Position numbers and translations under genes: made by a program. 64,000 nucleotides of DNA. Origin: an uncultured Pseudomonadota bacterium (GTDB taxonomy: Bacteria > Pseudomonadota > Alphaproteobacteria > Rs-D84). Shown piece after piece: positions 19,124 through 26,297 of this stretch. Positions within the stretch are counted from its first letter, which is position 1; each line of letters begins with the position of its first letter. The notes below the pieces were generated by a model, which saw nothing but the letters and a program-made list of their open reading frames with translations, did no database searches and had not been told where the DNA came from. The DNA is taken from positions 30,810-94,809 of the forward strand of contig CACZUD010000001.1 in NCBI GenBank assembly GCA_902784345.1. The letters run 5' to 3'.

Positions 19124-19993
19124 TTAACCCAACATTTTTGCAACTTCGTCGGCCAAGTTGTCTTCACGTTTTTGAATGCCTTCACCCAAGACATAATATG
19201 CATAGCCGGCCAATTTACCGCCATGTTCTGCGATTACATCTTTAACTTTTTTAGAAGGGTCCATAACGAAAGGTTGTTCTTCTAAAACGGATTCTGCATA
19301 CCATTTTTGAATACGACCATCAACCATCTTTTCGACAATGTTTTCTGGTTTGCCGTTTGTTGCACCAGATTCAATGAACACTTTCTTTTCGCGTTCAACA
19401 GCCTTTGGATCAACATCAGCAATTGTCATAAATTCAGGTTTATTTGCAGCAATATGCATTGCAATTTTACCGCCGATTTCATCGATACGTGCGTCATCAC
19501 CATTGATAGCAACAACCACACCGATTTGACCCATACCTGGGACCAAAGCATTGTGAACATAAGTATAAATATGATCACCATTTACTTTTGCAATACGGCG
19601 CAGGCTCATATTTTCACCGATTGTAGAAATAGTTGCAGCAATATCATCTTTCACAGCAGCCAAAGTTGCTTCGAAATCACCCTTTAATTCAGCTGCTTTC
19701 TGTGCAACATTTGCAACCAATGTTTGGAATTTATCGTTTTTAGCCACAAAATCTGTTTCTGCATTCAATTCAACAACACAGCCCATATTGTCGCATTTAA
19801 CAACAGTAACCAAACCAGATGCAGCAACACGACCAGCCTTTGACGCGGCCTTTACGATACCTTTTTGGCGCAACCAGTCAGCAGCCGCTTCAATATCGCC
19901 ATTGGTTTCAATCAATGCTTTTTTACAATCCATCATACCTGCGGAAGTTTTTTCGCGCAGTTCTTGAATTAATTTTGCTGTTACTTCTGCCAT
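19124..19993 (-). CDS. tsf: Elongation factor Ts
   Basis: MAEVTAKLIQELREKTSAGMMDCKKALIETNGDIEAAADWLRQKG is the canonical EF-Ts N-terminus. Confidence 0.95.
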   Translation of the reverse strand: MAEVTAKLIQELREKTSAGMMDCKKALIETNGDIEAAADWLRQKGIVKAASKAGRVAASGLVTVVKCDNMGCVVELNAETDFVAKNDKFQTLVANVAQKAAELKGDFEATLAAVKDDIAATISTIGENMSLRRIAKVNGDHIYTYVHNALVPGMGQIGVVVAINGDDARIDEIGGKIAMHIAANKPEFMTIADVDPKAVEREKKVFIESGATNGKPENIVEKMVDGRIQKWYAESVLEEQPFVMDPSKKVKDVIAEHGGKLAGYAYYVLGEGIQKREDNLADEVAKMLG

Positions 19994-20018
19994 TTGTTAT
20001 TCCTTTCTTTTACGATTA

Positions 20019-20873
20019 TTATTTTGCTTCTGCTTTGTCAGCCAATTTGCTGCGACGAACTTCGCGTGCTTCAGAAGTTTTAGATTTTTGTTTTGCTTCT
20101 TTGACTTTCAAATCGTGTTCGTATTCTTCAGCAGCAGCCATTGCGTTATCAGCAGCTTCTTTTTTACCTGCTGCGCCACCCAATCTTTTTTCGATACCAG
20201 ACAAAATAGCATCTACGAACAAATCGCAATATAATTGAGTCGCACGAGACGCATCATCGTTTCCTGGTACAGGGTAATCAACCAATTCTGGGTTGGCGTT
20301 TGTATCACAGATAGCAATTGTTGGGATGTCCAAATTTTTTGCTTCGTGAACAGCATTCAATTCACGTGGAACATCGATAACGATCATTGCCTGTGGAACG
20401 CCATGCATTTCCATAATACCACCAAAGATTTCACGCAATTTAGCAACTTCTTTGGTCATAACACCGACTTCTTTTTTGGTCAGACCCAATTTGTCAGCGT
20501 TGACAATATCGTTTTCCATTTTTTTCAAGCGACGAATACTCTGAGAAACTGTAGTCCAGTTTGTCAACATACCACCCAACCAGCGATTGTTAACATAATA
20601 TTGTCCACAACGTTCCGCGGCATCTTTAACAATATCTTTTGCCTGATGTTTAGTTGCAACGAACAAGATTTTTCCACCTGCTGCCGCGATTGCTTCCAAT
20701 GCAACCAAAGAGCGATGCAACAAAGGTGCAGTTTTGTTCAAATTAATAATATGAATTTTATCTTTTACGCCATAAACATATGGTGTCATCAAAGGGTTCC
20801 AACGACGAGTATGGTGTCCAAAATGAACGCCTGCTTCCATCAATTGTTTCATAGTAAAAGTTGGCAATGCCAT
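20019..20873 (-). CDS. rpsB: 30S ribosomal protein S2 (with a charged C-terminal extension)
   Basis: MKQLMEAGVHFGHHTRRWNP...ILFVATKHQAK...RWLGGMLTNW, followed by a ~50-aa Lys/Glu/Ala-rich tail. Confidence 0.95.
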   Translation of the reverse strand: MALPTFTMKQLMEAGVHFGHHTRRWNPLMTPYVYGVKDKIHIINLNKTAPLLHRSLVALEAIAAAGGKILFVATKHQAKDIVKDAAERCGQYYVNNRWLGGMLTNWTTVSQSIRRLKKMENDIVNADKLGLTKKEVGVMTKEVAKLREIFGGIMEMHGVPQAMIVIDVPRELNAVHEAKNLDIPTIAICDTNANPELVDYPVPGNDDASRATQLYCDLFVDAILSGIEKRLGGAAGKKEAADNAMAAAEEYEHDLKVKEAKQKSKTSEAREVRRSKLADKAEAK

Positions 20874-21121
20874 GATTTTTATCCTTTTTTCTGTTGTTAT
20901 CCTCGGTCAGCAGATGTAAAAAACCAGATATTTCTGGACAGAAATTATACCCGCTGCCTGTGTTCTTCGTGCAAGCACGTGTCGCCATAATAAACCAAAT
21001 CCGCCCTGAAATCAAGTATTTTTTAATAAAATCCCCCTTTTTTATTTTTTGATAAAAAATTGACAAAAAGTATTGACAAATTATATTTTTGGTCTATATT
21101 TATAGTATAAGGATGACGAGA

Positions 21122-23074
21122 ATGAAATCATTAAAAAACATCTTTACAGTTTTATTCACGGTCGCATTCACAACGACAAGCGCCGTTGCTGCGCCTGATT
21201 GTCGTAATGCAACGTATCGCGCAACATATCCTGAAAGATGTGCAAAAGTTCAAAAATCTGGCAATAATAACACATTTTTGGCGCTGTTGGGCGGGGCAGC
21301 TTTGGCGGGAATCGGTGTTGCGTTGGCAACCCAATCTTCTGGGGACAGCGGATCGTCATCAACAATTTCGAACCAAAGCAGTTTCCCACGTTTGACTTTA
21401 ACCAGCAATATTCATGTGAACTATGCTCAAACGGACCATATAAAGAACCAAAGAATTGCGTCTTTTGATTATATATCTAATTACAACAGTGTTGATTCAT
21501 ACAAATTGAACAACGTAAGATCATCTGCAACATATCAAAAGAACAAAAAACAATACGACAATATCCACTTTGACATTGCCATGGCGCGTGGTTTCACAGG
21601 CAAAGGCACAACCATCAATGTGCTTGACGACTTTAACACCTATCATGGCCACAGCGTTTACGAAATTGCATCAACTATCGCAAGCGATGCAAATATAGTA
21701 AAAACAAACATCGCAAATTCTGATAATAATTTACAATCTTACGATTATATTGCCAACACAATTAACCAATCTGGCAAATTCGACATTTATAACGCCAGTT
21801 GGCAAATCGCCTCTTCTGATTCAATAAATGCCGCGCAGGCAATCTACAACACACAATCAGAAACAAAAACTTACGCATCTGCTCAAGAATATATGTATGG
21901 CATTACCAGTTACAATTTTGTAACACAAATAAGAAATTCTGCGATTGACAATGATTCTATCTTTGTATGGGCGGCGGGCAATGAATCTAAGACAGAAAGC
22001 GGTGCATTATCTGCTCTGCCACTGGCGTTTCCAGATTTACAAGGTCATTTTGTAAACGTTGTTGCAGTTGATAAAAATAATAATCTGGCGTGGTACAGCA
22101 ATCAATGTGGCATAACACAAAACTATTGTATTGCCGCACCAGGTTCTGGATGGGACACAGAAGCAAAAGATTATGCCAGCGGAACAAGTTTTGCCGCACC
22201 TGTTGTATCTGGCGCAATTGCAACAATCAAAGAAGCGTTTCCGTATATGAATGCAGAAAAAATAACACAATTGTTGTTTGTAACTGCCAAAGACTTGGGG
22301 GAAACAGGGGTTGATTCTGTCTATGGTTGGGGATTGTTGGATATGGAAAAAGCAACACGACCTGTTGGAACCCCAAAAATTGTTTTAGCTAACGATACAA
22401 TTCGCCCATTAAATTCTATTAACGTTTCTGGTTCTGCCGCAAATGTAATAAAAAACGCGAACGTAAAAATTGCTTTTGTTGATGATTTCGGACGCGCGTT
22501 TACAACAAATTTATCAGACAATATAAATGTTACGCCTTATGGTCGTGGTTTTGAAAAATTAACAGAAAGCAACCAAGATTCCGTAACTTTGTTTGACACA
22601 GTTGAATTTGGGTTCAAACAAAATCATATGTTGGAATCTTCAGGTTTGGTTTCTGTTAAATCCAACCAATTAACAAACTTTGTTGGATACAAAAACGAAT
22701 TCAATGTGGATAATGTTCGTTTTTATCAAAACGCTCGCTTTGGTGTCAGCAACCCAACAGCAGATGAAAATTCTATTATCTCTGGATTTTCAAACATATA
22801 TTCTGCATCTTTGAAAGTCGGCGCACAATTTGAAAAATTTGCACTTGAAATTGAAATACCTGACACAATCATATCAGGTAATATGTATTTAAATACCCCA
22901 ACTGACATGGATAACTATGGCAATTTAATATATAACAAAACTGCCATAAATATGGCAAATCGTCCAAGTACTGAATATACCGTTAAATATGGTGCATTAT
23001 CAGCAACATTTGTTGATAATCCAGACTATCAAAACGAAGTCATCTTGATGGCAAAAACAAAATTTGCGTTTTAA
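21122..23074 (+). CDS. S8 (subtilisin-like) serine peptidase with a C-terminal outer-membrane beta-domain
   Basis: Signal peptide MKSLKNIFTVLFTVAFTTTSAVAAP. Triad motifs are INVLDDF (Asp), YHGHSVYEIA (His), VWAAGNES (oxyanion Asn) and SGTSFAAPVVSGA (Ser). The C-terminus ends ...AKTKFAF, an aromatic terminal residue typical of OM beta-barrels. Confidence 0.85.
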   Translation: MKSLKNIFTVLFTVAFTTTSAVAAPDCRNATYRATYPERCAKVQKSGNNNTFLALLGGAALAGIGVALATQSSGDSGSSSTISNQSSFPRLTLTSNIHVNYAQTDHIKNQRIASFDYISNYNSVDSYKLNNVRSSATYQKNKKQYDNIHFDIAMARGFTGKGTTINVLDDFNTYHGHSVYEIASTIASDANIVKTNIANSDNNLQSYDYIANTINQSGKFDIYNASWQIASSDSINAAQAIYNTQSETKTYASAQEYMYGITSYNFVTQIRNSAIDNDSIFVWAAGNESKTESGALSALPLAFPDLQGHFVNVVAVDKNNNLAWYSNQCGITQNYCIAAPGSGWDTEAKDYASGTSFAAPVVSGAIATIKEAFPYMNAEKITQLLFVTAKDLGETGVDSVYGWGLLDMEKATRPVGTPKIVLANDTIRPLNSINVSGSAANVIKNANVKIAFVDDFGRAFTTNLSDNINVTPYGRGFEKLTESNQDSVTLFDTVEFGFKQNHMLESSGLVSVKSNQLTNFVGYKNEFNVDNVRFYQNARFGVSNPTADENSIISGFSNIYSASLKVGAQFEKFALEIEIPDTIISGNMYLNTPTDMDNYGNLIYNKTAINMANRPSTEYTVKYGALSATFVDNPDYQNEVILMAKTKFAF

Positions 23075-23941
23075 TTATTCTGCGTCTGATTTCTTGTTCA
23101 TCAAATCAAAATTATGGATATAACTGAACGATATACCGATTGAAGTATTTGCCCCATAATCAACTGCTTGACGTGAATGTGCACGACGATATTTTATATA
23201 CGGTCCCATTGTTAAATCGCCCCAAACATTTGTATCCATACGTGCCACAGCCAAGAAATCATATTCTAAATCTTCACCGACATATTGTGAAAAAGACAAA
23301 TATTTTCTGTAATATCCATCAGAAGAAAACTTCACGCCTTCACGTAATTTGTAATCAAGACGCCAACCAGCTTCAACTGCTGATTTGTTAACTTTTTCAT
23401 CAGCATAAGTAAAATCATATTCATACACACCAACAATATATAAGCTTTTTATAATATCATGATCGAACAAAGCAAAACCTGCATTTGGACGAATAACATT
23501 ACGATGCGGATCACCTTTGAATTCTGTTTCATATTGACCACGAACAATTGGCCCCAGTTTGAAAGAGTCAAAATCCCAACATGCATACGCTAAATCAGAC
23601 GACAACAAAATTTTATCCGCGCTTTCATCAACAGTTTTTTCACCTTTGACATTTGTTATACTTTGTTCCCCGTATTCCATAAAAAGAGAATTATCCCATT
23701 TAAATCTGTCGAAACCATACTCAAGCGCAGCATCAAAAACCCCCTTAAGATTTTCTTGGTTTGACGCTTTCAAAGCAGCAACTGAAGAATTTTGATATTG
23801 TTCTGCATTTTTCATATCCGTCTTGGTCCAATCAAGACCAATGCGTCGAACATTCAGATTAAATTTTGTTTCATTTGGCGCATCTTCTGCAAACGCAACC
23901 ATTGGCATAATCACAGCCAACCCACACAACAATTTTCTCAT
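23075..23941 (-). CDS. Putative outer-membrane beta-barrel protein
   Basis: I set the start at MRKLLCGLAVIMPMVAFAEDAP (signal peptide). The rest shows an alternating amphipathic pattern rich in Tyr/Asp/Gly. No family recognised. Confidence 0.55.
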   Translation of the reverse strand: MRKLLCGLAVIMPMVAFAEDAPNETKFNLNVRRIGLDWTKTDMKNAEQYQNSSVAALKASNQENLKGVFDAALEYGFDRFKWDNSLFMEYGEQSITNVKGEKTVDESADKILLSSDLAYACWDFDSFKLGPIVRGQYETEFKGDPHRNVIRPNAGFALFDHDIIKSLYIVGVYEYDFTYADEKVNKSAVEAGWRLDYKLREGVKFSSDGYYRKYLSFSQYVGEDLEYDFLAVARMDTNVWGDLTMGPYIKYRRAHSRQAVDYGANTSIGISFSYIHNFDLMNKKSDAE

Positions 23942-23961
23942 TTTTTTCCTCTTCGCTTTTT

Positions 23962-24585
23962 TTATTTCCAGATTTGCAGAGCACCGTCTTTGTCGGAATA
24001 TTTCCAACCCGCCCCACGGACAGCCGCAGTGAATTTAGTCCGATAAGACACAGGCATTTTCACAACAACTTGGTTCCCCTGCAAAGCCTGTGTTTCAAAT
24101 TCCGTGTTATCTGTACGCGCGATTCGTTTCAATTCTGCCCAATCTTGCAACCCATTAGGAACAGTTACCAAAACAGAAAATTTTTCATCGCTTTCTGTCA
24201 AAGGAACCCAATTTTGTACATCATTTGAATTCAGCCACTTTTTTACCGCGTCGTTATCAATATTCATTGTAATCTTGGCAGAATATCCATTTGCAGACAT
24301 TTGTTCATTTGAAACGCTGGATGACAAAATCAAATTCATCAAATCATCATTTGATGTTTTTTGCATCAATTCATTCAAAGAATCCCTGTTTGCGTACTGC
24401 GACAAAACATTAGTCAGTATTTGGCGACGCGCTGAATTCAGCGCGTTAATTTTTGCATTTGCAGCAGTATCGCTTGTCTGATTGACAGAAACGCTGCCGG
24501 AAAGTTCTGCACCAAAAGCATTGAAACCAATACCGGCAACTAAAAGCATAAACACATACAAATTCTTAAAACTCACACTAAACAC
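23962..24585 (-). CDS. Exported hypothetical protein
   Basis: Signal-like N-terminus (LYVFMLLVAGIGFNAFGA). It lies 2 nt downstream of the 24588..26045 gene. Confidence 0.5.
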   Translation of the reverse strand: MFSVSFKNLYVFMLLVAGIGFNAFGAELSGSVSVNQTSDTAANAKINALNSARRQILTNVLSQYANRDSLNELMQKTSNDDLMNLILSSSVSNEQMSANGYSAKITMNIDNDAVKKWLNSNDVQNWVPLTESDEKFSVLVTVPNGLQDWAELKRIARTDNTEFETQALQGNQVVVKMPVSYRTKFTAAVRGAGWKYSDKDGALQIWK

Positions 24586-24587
24586 CC

Positions 24588-26045
24588 TTAGAATTTAACA
24601 CTTACGCCCATACGGATTCCCATTGATGAATAAACAGATTTGATTTCTTCTTTGCTTTCTATCTTCCATCCTTGACCGTTATAGAAATCAACAACTTCTT
24701 TTGCTTCATTTAAACTGGCTTGGTATGCCGCAATAGTTGTAGCAGAACCACCATTGTTTTCCAAATATGTAATCGCATTTTGAAGGCTTGTTACCATATC
24801 AGTATAATACGATTGATTTATATATGTTGTTGCGTCTGCTTTTTTTGCATTATAATAATCGTATGTCATTCCCAACGAGAACGAGACACTGTCTGTAATC
24901 GCGGTTGTCCAAGCAGCATTTAATCCCAAATGGTAAGCTTTTCCGAAACCAGCTTTGTCTTCGACACTGGTTGGATGCGCCCAATCGACACGATATGGCT
25001 GATTTCCCTTGGAATCATACATAGGCAATCCCAATTCAATTCCCGCAGTTACATTATTATTGTTGTTTATTGCATATTCCATATCCAAGGCAAGATACGG
25101 TCCATACCATTCTGTTTCATATTCGTGCGAAGTGCCGACCTGTTTATAATAATAAGTATCACCTAAATTTACTATTGCAGCCCCAGAAGGAATCAATATA
25201 TCCGACAACGACCCCAACGCATCTTCTGTTCTGCCCGTTACATAAGTCGATCCATCACTAGCGGCAAATAAAACAAAAGGATCGCACTGTGTTTCACCAT
25301 TCAATTCAATACAATTGATATACGGATGCTCAGAATTACCATTGAACACATCCATTGTCAAACCACTGTTGTCTTTTGTCACCAATTTGTGTTTGAAATA
25401 ACGATAACCAATAGAAGGTGTCATCTTTACACGGCCAACAGTAAAGAAATCAGTCAAACCGAAACCTGCATTGAATCCCATTTGGGTGCCATCTTTACTG
25501 GTACCAACACTCATTGCATATCCTGTAACAACTCCTTCCGTATACGCTTGAGATCCATATCCGCCCTTTGAAATATCATCATCAATCATAGAAGTTTCGC
25601 CAGATTGCATACCATATCTTGCACCGACATTAATCTGTATTGGTGTAGATGTATCAAAATAGTAAACAGCATCCGCACTTAAAACATTCCACGCCAAACC
25701 ATCATAACGCAATTTAGAACCCGCCTTGTCCATCTCTATATCCCAATTTGCGAATTCATGTGTCAAATTGCCAGCCAATTGAAAACCTTTCTTGTTCGAC
25801 ACAGATTTTTGTTGTGTTGAAGTTTTTTTGGTTACGCGTGTTGTTGTATTACGCGACATCATGGATTGTGTTTGCCCATAACCACGTCCCGCACCATAAG
25901 AGTTATAGTACCCACCACCATTTGAACCATAACGCTGTGAATTTTGGTACGTATTACCATTGTAATAAGTCCCTGCCGCGCCCGCAATAACAGGCATCAT
26001 AGCAAAAATACTGACGCTTAATACAGACAAAGATAATTTTTTCAT
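24588..26045 (-). CDS. Putative outer-membrane beta-barrel protein with a Gly/Tyr-rich and Thr/Lys-rich N-terminal linker
   Basis: Signal peptide MKKLSLSVLSVSIFAMMPVIAGAAG, then GGGYYNSYGAGRGYGQ and SRNTTTRVTKKTSTQQKS linkers. The C-terminus ...GIRMGVSVKF is an OMP-type terminal Phe. Confidence 0.6.
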   Translation of the reverse strand: MKKLSLSVLSVSIFAMMPVIAGAAGTYYNGNTYQNSQRYGSNGGGYYNSYGAGRGYGQTQSMMSRNTTTRVTKKTSTQQKSVSNKKGFQLAGNLTHEFANWDIEMDKAGSKLRYDGLAWNVLSADAVYYFDTSTPIQINVGARYGMQSGETSMIDDDISKGGYGSQAYTEGVVTGYAMSVGTSKDGTQMGFNAGFGLTDFFTVGRVKMTPSIGYRYFKHKLVTKDNSGLTMDVFNGNSEHPYINCIELNGETQCDPFVLFAASDGSTYVTGRTEDALGSLSDILIPSGAAIVNLGDTYYYKQVGTSHEYETEWYGPYLALDMEYAINNNNNVTAGIELGLPMYDSKGNQPYRVDWAHPTSVEDKAGFGKAYHLGLNAAWTTAITDSVSFSLGMTYDYYNAKKADATTYINQSYYTDMVTSLQNAITYLENNGGSATTIAAYQASLNEAKEVVDFYNGQGWKIESKEEIKSVYSSMGIRMGVSVKF

Positions 26046-26130
26046 TGGCCTTCCTTTTTATATTTATCTTTCTGATTATATCACAAAAAGGTTGAAAAGG
26101 AAATAGTTTTATAATATGTTTTATCAAAAC

Positions 26131-26215
26131 GCGGTCGTGGCGAAATTGGTAGACGCGCAGCACTAAGGATGCTGTGGAGAAATCCTTGGGGGTTCAATTC
26201 CCCCCGGCCGCACCA
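26131..26215 (+). tRNA. tRNA-Leu with apparent anticodon AAG
   Basis: A hand-folded 85-nt class II tRNA: acceptor GCGGTCG/CGGCCGC, anticodon arm CAGCA-CTAAGGA-TGCTG (U33, A34 A35 G36, G37), a long variable arm, T arm GGGGG-TTCAATT-CCCCC, and encoded CCA. Confidence 0.85.
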
Positions 26216-26297
26216 TCTGTTTTTACTTAAAAATTACGAAAAATTTTATTTTGTACTTGCCACAAAAATTATAATTTTGCTAACATTTATTTAAGGA

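Noticed and set aside
20235-20990. 251-aa plus-strand ORF opposite rpsB
   Set aside because: It is an antisense shadow of a ribosomal protein gene.
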